Virus record (IMG/VR): IMGVR_UViG_3300034103_001746
Coordinates: 64,001 to 128,000 of that record
Strand: one strand, 5' to 3'
DNA length: 64,000 bases
Origin: a virus
The position numbers and the translations under genes were made by a program. Below are positions 31,807 to 41,107 of this stretch, one piece after another (position 1 is the first letter of the stretch; the number at the start of each line of letters is the position of its first letter). Below the pieces are notes generated by a model that did not search any database, was not told the origin of the DNA, and saw only the letters and a list, made by a program, of their open reading frames with translations.

Positions 31807-32921
31807 AGCTTAGAGCCTATACTTTCATAGGAGAAGTTATTTAAACACGACATACCATTTTGTTGTTTTCTTAAAAGTAGAGAATCCTGTTTTTGATGCA
31901 TATCATAAACCATTCTCATTTTTTCTATGAGATCATAAATATCAACTTTATACCAATATTCATTAGCATTATAAATATCAAAATCTTCAGACAGTGTTCT
32001 CTGATTTAAAATCACAGGTGTTCTATGGCTTTTAACTAAAAAGCCATTATCATCAGTAATATAATCTTTCATTCCCGTATTTTGATTAACTATAGGAGTC
32101 TTACCAAGTACCACAGCTTCGGCAGCTGGTCTACAAAATGCTTCGCCATAAGATGGTGCAACAAAACAATCACAAGAATTATGCAATCCGATAATATCTT
32201 GATAAGATAGTGAGTTAGTTATAATAATTTCTTTTTTGTATTTTTTACTAATGCCTAGCTTATTTTTGACAATATTAATTTCTTCTTCTAGTCTTCTAGC
32301 TACCTCTGTTGGATTTACTCCTCCTTGATTAGTTTTGATAATTAAGCACACGGGTTCAGAGTAATCGAAAGCTAAATTAAAAGCTATTACTAGATCAAGA
32401 ATATTTTTTCTAAAATTATGTTCGCCTATAAAATAGAACTTAAACATATTATCTAGTATACTATTGAGCGATAACTTATAGTTGCGATTTTCTTCAATAA
32501 ATGCTGTGTCTAGCGGTTGTGAAATAATTTTAATATTTGTGGTTACGCCCGATTTTTTGAGACATTGTTCCTCCATCTTTGATGGAACCCACACCTCATC
32601 CATCCTATTAATATTATCTATGCATACTGATTCTTTGATATTATTGGTTTCTAGTACAAATAGGCCAATATTTTTTGTATATGATTTATTTAAAAACAAG
32701 CAATGAGGTAGTGTTTTTTGTATGACCATATCATAATGATCGTACCTATTATTTTCATATCCAATAATTTCTTGGTCATTAAAAGTTAAATCTGGTTTAG
32801 ATAAATATATGGGTCTGGTTGTTATATTTTTGTGTTGTGTAGCTAAAGCTTTTATATAAGATCTTGTAGCCAACCCCCAACCATCATTTTGACGATAGGG
32901 CCCTATAAACAAAGTATTCAT
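31797..32921 (-). CDS. Glycosyltransferase family 4
   Basis: DEVWVPS, RKNI, DCFVAPSYGEAFCRPAAEAVVLGKTPI (E-x7-E). Confidence 0.85.
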   Translation of the reverse strand: MNTLFIGPYRQNDGWGLATRSYIKALATQHKNITTRPIYLSKPDLTFNDQEIIGYENNRYDHYDMVIQKTLPHCLFLNKSYTKNIGLFVLETNNIKESVCIDNINRMDEVWVPSKMEEQCLKKSGVTTNIKIISQPLDTAFIEENRNYKLSLNSILDNMFKFYFIGEHNFRKNILDLVIAFNLAFDYSEPVCLIIKTNQGGVNPTEVARRLEEEINIVKNKLGISKKYKKEIIITNSLSYQDIIGLHNSCDCFVAPSYGEAFCRPAAEAVVLGKTPIVNQNTGMKDYITDDNGFLVKSHRTPVILNQRTLSEDFDIYNANEYWYKVDIYDLIEKMRMVYDMHQKQDSLLLRKQQNGMSCLNNFSYESIGSKLCI

Positions 32922-34588
32922 TTAATGCTATCCTTCATATGTGCATAATTAATATAATCTTCTGGATTTAATTTATCTAAATTATTTTTAGCCGTTTGTC
33001 CTAAATTATGGTTTTTAATAATAGTATTTAATATATCTAGTGCCTTTTGAACACTGTAACCTTCCGTACTTAATCCTTGAGTAATAAAACCATAATCTAA
33101 ATCCCTAATGATATTTAGCATAATAGTTGATGATCCAATTTGATGGTTAGGAAGATGTTTTGACACCAAGAAGGTTATTAGATCATATGAATTATTAATA
33201 TTTTCTGGAATATCTGTAATTTCTTCCATTAATGGAATTACTTGATCCCATTTACCTTGCAAACCAGTCAGTTGAATATTATCGAAATAATTTTCCCATT
33301 TTTTAGCTATGTCATCCCAATTATAATATTTTTCTGTTAATTTTCTAGTCTCAAATCTTTTTTGTTCCTTTAGTGGCTCAGGCATCTTATAAAAAGATTC
33401 AAGCGTTTGTATTAAATCTTTATTATCTGGAAAAACCCTAATGGCTCTGGTTTCTAATTCTTTGAAATATTGTCCAACCTTAATTGGGTAACCATTAACT
33501 TTCCTTACTACATCGCTCATAGCGCTATAGTCTATGGATGCAACTGGGACGCCGCAAGCAGAAGCTTCTACCTGTGGCATACCAAAACCTTCGCAAATAG
33601 CATATTGTACATAAATATCAAAAAGATTCATCACCATGGCCAAGTTATTGGATGAAACACCATTACTAACATTTGGCATACTACAAGCCTTCTGTCCACA
33701 TCTTGGACAAACTGCTACTGGATGTTGAAATAATGATGGATAAAAATATCCACAGCTTTTGCAAGAATAAGTGAACAGCACCCTGTTTCCGATTTTGTAT
33801 TCTTTTAATAGTTGCGGTATATCCCAACCAGCATCCGGATAGCTTGTATGTAAATATAAATACAGGTTTTTGCCTAATTTATGATTGTTGGTTTGTTCAC
33901 ATTTTTCTAGTAGCTTTTTGATTGCGTAAAATAAGTCTGGTATTAGTTTACGCTTTTGATTCCTCATTACTGACCCAACAATAAATAAGTCTTCGCTGAG
34001 ATTAAACATCTTACGAAGTCCTTTTCTATCAGTTGTGGGTACGAATGTTTGTAGATCTACACCTGGAGATGTTGTGTCAATATAATTAATTTTGCCATTA
34101 CTTTGTTTGATTAGGGTATCTCTACCAAAATCAGAATAAGTAAATATCGCATCCGCATGTAAAAACGTATCTATCCAATCCTCTTGTTGTGGTTCAGAAT
34201 CGACTGTTGGCATTAGTACCCAGTGAAAAAATGGTCTTAGTGGAGAGAATTGTTGATAAGAATTCATCCAATAATCTCTAACATCAAAAACCACATCTGG
34301 TTGAAAATCTAATAGAACTCTTTCAAATCTCCATCGACCAAACTGATTTTCAGCAGAAGATTGGTATTCTGAATATCTGGGGTCTTTTTCATCAACGGCT
34401 CCAGCATAATATTTCCAATGAATATCTACGTCTTTTGGGTCGTTAGTTTTTCCATAACAAGCAAGTTCAGCTATGTCATACTTGCCTGTGGCATGAAGTC
34501 TCTTTAATATTTCTTTAGCATAAGTACCGAATCCTGAGCTTAAAAAGCTAGCCTCTGATACCATTAAGATTTTAAGTTTTTTATTCAT
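32918..34588 (-). CDS. Glycosyltransferase family 4 with inserted Zn ribbon
   Basis: SGFGTYA, MRNQKRK, EGFGMPQVEASACG; CKSC...CPRC insert. Confidence 0.88.
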   Translation of the reverse strand: MNKKLKILMVSEASFLSSGFGTYAKEILKRLHATGKYDIAELACYGKTNDPKDVDIHWKYYAGAVDEKDPRYSEYQSSAENQFGRWRFERVLLDFQPDVVFDVRDYWMNSYQQFSPLRPFFHWVLMPTVDSEPQQEDWIDTFLHADAIFTYSDFGRDTLIKQSNGKINYIDTTSPGVDLQTFVPTTDRKGLRKMFNLSEDLFIVGSVMRNQKRKLIPDLFYAIKKLLEKCEQTNNHKLGKNLYLYLHTSYPDAGWDIPQLLKEYKIGNRVLFTYSCKSCGYFYPSLFQHPVAVCPRCGQKACSMPNVSNGVSSNNLAMVMNLFDIYVQYAICEGFGMPQVEASACGVPVASIDYSAMSDVVRKVNGYPIKVGQYFKELETRAIRVFPDNKDLIQTLESFYKMPEPLKEQKRFETRKLTEKYYNWDDIAKKWENYFDNIQLTGLQGKWDQVIPLMEEITDIPENINNSYDLITFLVSKHLPNHQIGSSTIMLNIIRDLDYGFITQGLSTEGYSVQKALDILNTIIKNHNLGQTAKNNLDKLNPEDYINYAHMKDSIK

Positions 34589-34603
34589 ATTAGATGATAA
34601 GAG

Positions 34604-34637
34604 AAAAAAGATAGGGGGTTTTTACACCCCCATCTTT
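34604..34637 (-). terminator. Intrinsic terminator after ssb
   Basis: Minus strand AAAGATGGGGGT-GTAAAA-ACCCCC(T)ATCTTT-TTT: GC stem followed by a U-tract. Confidence 0.75.
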
Positions 34638-34653
34638 AAGAATGAAAAATATA

Positions 34654-35025
34654 TCAGAACGCTACGGTTTCGTTCTGTTCGGACTTATTCTTCTTTGATA
34701 GCTTGGTAATCTTGGAGAAGTTGTTTACGCGTACCTTTAGAGTACTATGCTTTACTCCATCCTTTTCCCAAGAATCATTACGCAATGAGCCTTCAACTAG
34801 CACTAGATCGCCCTTCTTAAAAGAATCAGCGATGATCTCAGCGCCTGTGTCCCAGGCTTCACATGAAACGAATGTTGTTACCTTATCCTTTTCACCATTA
34901 GACTTGGTATACTCACGAGAAACAGCAACTGTAAAGTTAACAACAGTAGTCTGCCTTCCGCCAGTGTTAACAACACGAACTTCTGGATCACGAGCTAAAT
35001 TTCCTCTTAAGATATTAATATTCAT
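34654..35025 (-). CDS. ssb: Single-stranded DNA-binding protein
   Basis: LRGNLARDPE, FTVAV, KGDLVLVEGSL OB-fold motifs; AGGAG SD before ATG at 35025. Confidence 0.93.
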   Translation of the reverse strand: MNINILRGNLARDPEVRVVNTGGRQTTVVNFTVAVSREYTKSNGEKDKVTTFVSCEAWDTGAEIIADSFKKGDLVLVEGSLRNDSWEKDGVKHSTLKVRVNNFSKITKLSKKNKSEQNETVAF

Positions 35026-35063
35026 ATTCAAACTCCTTGATGTGAAAAACCAAATTACAAACT

Positions 35064-35091
35064 ATTATAGAAGGTCTCTGATCGGTGTCAA
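35064..35091 (-). promoter_or_regulatory. Sigma70-type promoter for ssb (TTGACA-16 bp-TATAAT)
   Basis: Perfect hexamers at 35091-35086 and 35069-35064; the -35 box contains the dnaE-C stop codon. Confidence 0.8.
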
Positions 35092-36713
35092 GATTTTGCG
35101 ATGTAAGCCTTTTCCACTATGAGCGAATCCCCGGTCTTTGACCTATTACCTTTCACTATGATAACATTGCTTCCAAACAACAAGTTTCTATAGCTTCTGT
35201 ATTGCTCTGGAAAAAATACAACAGAATCTAACACACCAGAACCATCTGTTAATGTTACAAATGCCATCTCTAAACCGGGATTCTTTCCTGTTTTGGTTTT
35301 GGTAACACTAATATTGTCTACCTCTCCACATAATATGATATTATCTTTATTGAGACTATTTTTAAATTCTTTACAAGTTGTATTAGTCATACTAATATCA
35401 TACATATCAACCTTGGAACACGTTATACTACAACCGAGCGTTTCTTCCTCTGTATCCGCTATCCATTCTGGATTATCTTCTAAAGCATATGGAGGTCTCT
35501 TTAAAGTATTAAGTAAGTTTTGTACTACAGTTACTCTGTTTTTATTGAGTTTGCCTATTTTCATTAATCCTATAAAAGCATCTTCTAAATTAGAATAAGA
35601 ATATATATTTGTTAATATCGTTCCGATTTCTTTCTTTGTCAATTCATTTATTAAACTCAATTCAAACAACATAGAGTTTCTGGTCTTTTTTAAAAAAGAC
35701 AAGGCCCCGCTCTGAATTAAAGATTTTGCTGCTGTAGAATTAATGTCTGATAGTATCATTAAAGCTGTTTGAATCCAGTTCAATTTATTTAAATCTATTT
35801 GCTTACTAGATATAATATTATTTAGTTTTTCATATACAGCATTTCCAAATCCCTTGATATCTGTTAAGCCAAAATAAATTTGATTATTTTTTAAGATAAA
35901 TAACTTGTTCAGATTACGAATGTCTGGGGTGCTAACAGTTATATCCATCTCGCTAGCATTTTGTACTAATTCTTTAATTTCTGCTTTTGGATCAATTTTA
36001 TCTTTAGCAAATCGTAAATAAGATGCGAAAAATATTTTTGGGAAATGCGATTTGGTATACGCTGATAAATATGCATTAATAGCATAGCTAACAGCATGTG
36101 ACTTATTAAAAGAATATCTTTGAGACTTTTCAATCCAACCAAAGATCTGCTCTGCCTCATCTTCTGTGACTAAATTTAGATTTTTAGCACCCAATAAAAA
36201 TTTTGATTTAACTTTAGCCATTTCTTCTGGCTTTTTCTTTCCAATAGCTTTTCTTAACATATCGGCTTCTTGTAGATTAAAACCAGCGATAGTTTTAGCG
36301 ATCTCCATCGCTTGTTCCTGATAAATCATTTCGCCATATGTTGTTTTCAAAATGGGTTCTAGAGATGGATGAAAATTATCTATAGTTTCTTGTCCATTTT
36401 TTTTATCTATATAGTGATTAGTCACACTCTTTCCATCACGTATAGCCTCTAAGCATCCGGGTCTAAGAATACTGATTAGGGCAGATAATTCTTCAATATT
36501 GGAAGGTTTTAATTTTTTAGCAATAGATCTTCCTAGTCTAGACTCCAACTGAAAACAACCTTTTGTGTTTCCATCAGATATTAAATCCCATGTTTTATAA
36601 CATTCCAAATTGATAGTTTCAATACGGGGATCAAAGGACAATTTCATATCCTCTCCTTCGCCCGAAATAATATTAAAAGAACATCCGCACGGATATTGAA
36701 ATTTTTTAGACAT
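35088..36713 (-). CDS. dnaE: DNA polymerase III alpha, C-terminal part (fingers, HhH, OB fold)
   Basis: FQLES, LRPG, TYGEMIYQEQ, ADMLRKAIGKKK, YSFNKSHAVSY, GLTDIKG, MAFVTLTD. Confidence 0.92.
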   Translation of the reverse strand: MSKKFQYPCGCSFNIISGEGEDMKLSFDPRIETINLECYKTWDLISDGNTKGCFQLESRLGRSIAKKLKPSNIEELSALISILRPGCLEAIRDGKSVTNHYIDKKNGQETIDNFHPSLEPILKTTYGEMIYQEQAMEIAKTIAGFNLQEADMLRKAIGKKKPEEMAKVKSKFLLGAKNLNLVTEDEAEQIFGWIEKSQRYSFNKSHAVSYAINAYLSAYTKSHFPKIFFASYLRFAKDKIDPKAEIKELVQNASEMDITVSTPDIRNLNKLFILKNNQIYFGLTDIKGFGNAVYEKLNNIISSKQIDLNKLNWIQTALMILSDINSTAAKSLIQSGALSFLKKTRNSMLFELSLINELTKKEIGTILTNIYSYSNLEDAFIGLMKIGKLNKNRVTVVQNLLNTLKRPPYALEDNPEWIADTEEETLGCSITCSKVDMYDISMTNTTCKEFKNSLNKDNIILCGEVDNISVTKTKTGKNPGLEMAFVTLTDGSGVLDSVVFFPEQYRSYRNLLFGSNVIIVKGNRSKTGDSLIVEKAYIAKS

Positions 36714-37401
36714 TGCCTGAAAAAGAATCCTTAAACTTAATTTTTTGAGCCAAATTTCTGTGTAGTTTTAGAAACCTAATAAGAATTTCTGCACAATCTT
36801 GTACGTCTTTTAGAGCGTCGTGAGCGCCTTCTTTCGATAATCCAACATAATCCCTCACAGAATCAAGAGTATAGCTCTTTAAGTCATTATTGTATTCAAA
36901 CCAATAAAAAATTAAATTCATTATATCAACTACGTCTCTTGGGAAAAAGACATTAGAGGTACCTTCTTTATTTGTATTTCCATATTTACCACTAAGCCTA
37001 TCTATAATTTTGAGATCAAATCTATTGATATTATATCCAGCAGCAATTGGGGCTGTAAATTGACTCTTTTTAGAAGACCTAGTATGATACATATCTAGAT
37101 AATTTACAAACAGTTTCCAAGATTGTTCTTGAGAAGGGTAGTTTTTCCATTGGCTTAATATATCGTCTTTAGAACAACTTTTAACTTTTGCATGAAAATC
37201 CAGAATGTCTGTGGTATAAGTATAGTTATCATCATTCGCCAAAACTTCCGGCTTAAAGAAAATATTAAATTCGGATTTTGGTATAACCTCTAATTTGATC
37301 GGGTCGATCATGACAGCAGCTATTTGTACAGGACTGCATTGCTTAGGATCGGATCCATCTGTTTCAAAATCGAATACGCAAATTTTGTTATAATTAATCA
37401 T
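36706..37401 (-). CDS. DEDDh 3'-5' exonuclease (DnaQ/epsilon-like)
   Basis: VFDFETDG (ExoI), AGYNINRFD (ExoII), HDALKD (ExoIII). Confidence 0.88.
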   Translation of the reverse strand: MINYNKICVFDFETDGSDPKQCSPVQIAAVMIDPIKLEVIPKSEFNIFFKPEVLANDDNYTYTTDILDFHAKVKSCSKDDILSQWKNYPSQEQSWKLFVNYLDMYHTRSSKKSQFTAPIAAGYNINRFDLKIIDRLSGKYGNTNKEGTSNVFFPRDVVDIMNLIFYWFEYNNDLKSYTLDSVRDYVGLSKEGAHDALKDVQDCAEILIRFLKLHRNLAQKIKFKDSFSGNV

Positions 37402-37585
37402 TAACTTCTACTTCTGTAATTGGTATGACTTGAATTTTTGTGTTACTATCATTAGCTTGTGATGCATTATTAACATGGCAACAACTAACTCTTTCATCAG
37501 GTATCTTCACATATTCGATACCGTTTAGAGTAAATTTGTCACCAACCTGAACATCAATAAACTTTTTTAAAGACATATTAATCAC
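37394..37585 (-). CDS. Small beta-rich hypothetical protein (start may be ATG 37576)
   Basis: Fills the gap with overlapping start and stop; VGDKFTLNGIEYVK...SCC. Confidence 0.65.
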   Translation of the reverse strand: MINMSLKKFIDVQVGDKFTLNGIEYVKIPDERVSCCHVNNASQANDSNTKIQVIPITEVEVND

Positions 37586-39453
37586 CTATCTCCTAGAATA
37601 TCTTGAATTGTCATAATTTTATCCAACATTGCTACTCCTAATATATCAAATTTAATAATACCAATTGATTCTAAATCTTGCATTTCCATTCCCGCTATTA
37701 ATTGCTTATTCTTAGAGTCATAAACCATTGGACAGGCTTCGTTCAATGGTAATGCACTGATAGCAATACCGGCCGCGTGTTTGGATTGATTCGATTTAGT
37801 ACCCTCTAATCTAATAGCTTGTTCGAAGCGTTTGGCAAGTGGTCCTTGTAGTTCATTTTTTTCATCAATAAAGCACCACTCTTTGAGTTTGTCCGGATTA
37901 TTCTCCAAAGCCCATCTAATAATAGACGCTTCTCCGGTTTCTTCTTTCATTTCTTGTAAATCGTCTGCTATTTTGGCTTCGTCCGGAATATTTTTAGTAA
38001 TTTTATTCATTTCATCAAAAGAAATATTGCCATATACTCTTAATACGTCCTTCAAGGCTCCTCGACCCTTAATAGTATTAAATGTAATCATTTGAGAAAC
38101 TTTATCGTGACCATATTTGTTTTTAATATATTCAATAATAGTTTCTCTCTTATTGATCGGTACGTCCACATCAATATCTGGCATGGATATATGGTCTTTT
38201 GAGTTACGACCAGCATTATAAAATCGATCAAACATTAGATTATATTTCATCGGATCAATACTGGTAATACCAATAAGATAAGATACTAAACAACCGGCAG
38301 CACTACCTCTACCCGGACCCGGAAGCCAAGAGTTATGTCTTACATAGTTAACAATATCTTGTACTATCAAAAAGTAGCTACTAAGTCCAGCTCCTTGTAG
38401 AACTTCTAGTTCATATTTAATTCTATCTACATATTGTTGTTGATCGTCTTTATTAATAGTGTTTGCTATTTTGTCTCTCCAGCCATCTCTACACAGTTGT
38501 CTTAGATATTCGTCTGGATTATATCCATCAGGACAAGCAAACGGAGGAAGCCTAGGCTTACTCAAAACATTATATTCTTCACACAAACCAGCAACAAAAT
38601 TGGTATTTTCTATTTCTTCTTCTGTATGCAGACTATTCATTTCTTCTTGTGACAACAAATGAAAGTTATCAGAAGTAAAAAAACAAGAAAGAGGAACTTC
38701 TTCGTCATTGCTAATTTTTCTACTAATTTCTGGAAATGTTGTCTTTAAATTGTTACACAGTAGGATTCTTTGGTCATTAGCATCTTCTTTACGACAATAA
38801 TGAGCATCTGGTGTGCAAACCACTTTAGTATTAGTGAGTTTTCCCAATTCTCTGACCACACCGGTTAAATCTTTTTGGATCGGGGTGTTGTTCATATCCA
38901 TTAACTGAGATTCTAAAAAGAAATTATCTTTACCAAAGATATCTTTCAATATACCTATTTGCTCTAGTCCTACATTTTTCCAATCCTTAATTAATGCGTT
39001 ATTTTGAACTATCTTGTCCGCTAATACAGAGCCTAAATGACCACAAATGCCTATAATGTCGCCATCGCAAAATCTAGCAACATGATCTAGACTTAATCTG
39101 GGTTTATGATAATAAAAATCTGGCCTATTAGATTCAGACACCAACTGAATAAGTTTATTCCAACCCTTTAAGTTTTTTGCCAAAACAAGAAAATGACTTA
39201 AGTCTTTATTAGACTTGTCTTGTATTGTGGGGTCTTGATCACAAACATAAATCTCGCAACCTAGTATGGGTTTGATGCCCTTAGACTTCATTTCTGTATA
39301 AAACTTAATAGCCCCAGCTATATTTCCGTGATCTGTTAAGGCACAAGCAGATGCCCCAATTTCTTGACATCTTTCTGATATTTGTGATGGTTTTGATAGT
39401 CCGTCCAACAAACTAAACATTGAGTGACAATGTAAAGGTATATAATTCCTCAT
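37582..39453 (-). CDS. dnaE: DNA polymerase III alpha, N-terminal part (PHP, palm, thumb)
   Basis: LHCHSMFSLLDG, TDHGN, GPGRGSAAG, MPDIDVD, SKHAAG, KFDILG. Confidence 0.93.
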   Translation of the reverse strand: MRNYIPLHCHSMFSLLDGLSKPSQISERCQEIGASACALTDHGNIAGAIKFYTEMKSKGIKPILGCEIYVCDQDPTIQDKSNKDLSHFLVLAKNLKGWNKLIQLVSESNRPDFYYHKPRLSLDHVARFCDGDIIGICGHLGSVLADKIVQNNALIKDWKNVGLEQIGILKDIFGKDNFFLESQLMDMNNTPIQKDLTGVVRELGKLTNTKVVCTPDAHYCRKEDANDQRILLCNNLKTTFPEISRKISNDEEVPLSCFFTSDNFHLLSQEEMNSLHTEEEIENTNFVAGLCEEYNVLSKPRLPPFACPDGYNPDEYLRQLCRDGWRDKIANTINKDDQQQYVDRIKYELEVLQGAGLSSYFLIVQDIVNYVRHNSWLPGPGRGSAAGCLVSYLIGITSIDPMKYNLMFDRFYNAGRNSKDHISMPDIDVDVPINKRETIIEYIKNKYGHDKVSQMITFNTIKGRGALKDVLRVYGNISFDEMNKITKNIPDEAKIADDLQEMKEETGEASIIRWALENNPDKLKEWCFIDEKNELQGPLAKRFEQAIRLEGTKSNQSKHAAGIAISALPLNEACPMVYDSKNKQLIAGMEMQDLESIGIIKFDILGVAMLDKIMTIQDILGDR

Positions 39454-40493
39454 TCTACGCTTCCTGGTGCTTTGTACTTACCAACAGTATAGCCGGGAGT
39501 CGTGTACTCGTCAACAACGTTTTTTATACCTTTCATCTCTATATCGTGTCGAATTTGTTCACATTTAGTCATAAATTTATCTTTTTGTGTTACCTGACCA
39601 TCTCTATATTCTATTATTGGTAACAACTTAGAGTTTTCAAAAGTTGTTTTTCCAAAATGGCATAATTTAGTACATTTCCATGTTTTGGTTAGTTTCGGGA
39701 TTTGAGCATTTTTAATTGCTTCAAATTTTTTACGAAGCATTTCTTCTGTAGATAATAAATCATCTTTATCATAGCAAATAGTAAATGGTCCACCATCATT
39801 AATAAAATTAATAGAGACCATTACATGATCAATATCAGGATATAACTGACTCACAGCATAATGATATATTTTAAGCTGAGGATCATTTTGTAACTTCTCA
39901 TGAGTTTTTTCCTCACCAGTTGCCCAATCTAATCTTCTTCCTGTTTTCCAGTCTATAATTTCTATAGTATTATTATCTACTTTTGTTATTAAGTCTATTG
40001 TACCTTTAATTGCTAAATTACCCTCTATAATTTCTCCTTGATGATTATATTTAAATTTTGCCCACTCTCTTTTGATTTCTATATCAAAATGTTGTTCGGG
40101 CTGTAGGATATTTCTATTTCTAGGATCAAACATTCCATTATTACTGTCTAATGCCTTATGTACCCAAGCGTGACAATCTTTATAGTCCTTTAGTTCCCAT
40201 GCGTGGTGAGTAAATTGGCTAGTATAGTAATTATAGACTTTCTCAATAATAGTGTTCAAATTATATTTGTTTGTACTAACTTTTCCAATAACATCGTCTA
40301 TTATGTCTTTTTCTTTATTTTGGTCGGCCAATTTGATACAGGCTAGAATTTCTAGAACTTTATGTACTATTGTTCCTTTGTCTGCTTTTTTATTCGAGGG
40401 TGATCTCATTCCAAGAACATACTCTATAAAATATTGCTGTTCGCACATAGAGTGTGTGCCATAGGAACTACTTCTAAGGTATGTAATTATAAT
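39450..40493 (-). CDS. Cas4/AddB-like PD-(D/E)XK nuclease, probable ATT/ATA start
   Basis: GTIVHKVLE, GTIDLI, IIDWKTG, QLKIY; Cys set C...CTKLC...C; frame extends upstream as IITYLRSSSYGTHSMC. Confidence 0.8.
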   Translation of the reverse strand: MIITYLRSSSYGTHSMCEQQYFIEYVLGMRSPSNKKADKGTIVHKVLEILACIKLADQNKEKDIIDDVIGKVSTNKYNLNTIIEKVYNYYTSQFTHHAWELKDYKDCHAWVHKALDSNNGMFDPRNRNILQPEQHFDIEIKREWAKFKYNHQGEIIEGNLAIKGTIDLITKVDNNTIEIIDWKTGRRLDWATGEEKTHEKLQNDPQLKIYHYAVSQLYPDIDHVMVSINFINDGGPFTICYDKDDLLSTEEMLRKKFEAIKNAQIPKLTKTWKCTKLCHFGKTTFENSKLLPIIEYRDGQVTQKDKFMTKCEQIRHDIEMKGIKNVVDEYTTPGYTVGKYKAPGSVE

Positions 40494-41107
40494 GGTAGTA
40501 TTCCCTCGGTTTTAAGAAAATGAAAGATTTGATTATTTTTATCATCTAGATTTAGATTTTGATTATCTACAACTAGACTAAATTTAGACCAATCATAATT
40601 ATTTTTATCTAAAGCAACTTCAGCTTCTGCATTGGAGTTAAATAGATCTCTGGTTAGTCTAATAACAAATCCTCCAACATTGAGTATTCCATCAACCTCA
40701 TTAGGGAATCTATTGTCTAATACTATTGCTAGATCGTATTGTTCTCTATCAATTTTATCTAAAGTGGCATCAACCCATATATTATTTTTGATTTTTCTAA
40801 ATATTTTAGTGCCAACAACTTCCATGACTTCTCTGGCAGTCATGTATTCATCTCTGTTACAGTCTATGCCGGGTATGTCTTTCCACTTTACAGAAGTTAA
40901 AGTATTTTTTTGCTCGTCTGTACCATAGCATTGTTCATGTGTTAAACCCAATAAATTAATACATATGTCTTGTTTTAATGGATCAGCAAAGCTATATAGT
41001 TTATAACTGATTGGTAAATTATAAGTTTTGATAAGATGTTCTATATATTCTCCTCCAGTACTTTTACCAGATTGCTTGCGTCCAGAAAAGGCTAAAATTT
41101 TTGTCAT
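40487..41107 (-). CDS. Deoxynucleoside monophosphate kinase (T4 gp1-like)
   Basis: SGRKQSGKST P-loop, SFADPLKQ, TAREVME-x-x-GT, DNRFPNE. Confidence 0.82.
   Translation of the reverse strand: MTKILAFSGRKQSGKSTGGEYIEHLIKTYNLPISYKLYSFADPLKQDICINLLGLTHEQCYGTDEQKNTLTSVKWKDIPGIDCNRDEYMTAREVMEVVGTKIFRKIKNNIWVDATLDKIDREQYDLAIVLDNRFPNEVDGILNVGGFVIRLTRDLFNSNAEAEVALDKNNYDWSKFSLVVDNQNLNLDDKNNQIFHFLKTEGILPL

Noticed and set aside
36600-37700. Split intein or self-splicing intron joining the dnaE halves
   Set aside because: No Cys/Ser-initiated IntN after the N-half, no His-Asn IntC before the C-half, and the gap is fully occupied by two coupled genes
39450-40493. CRISPR-Cas system suggested by the Cas4-like nuclease
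   Set aside because: No array or other cas genes; solo Cas4-like nucleases are common in phage replication modules
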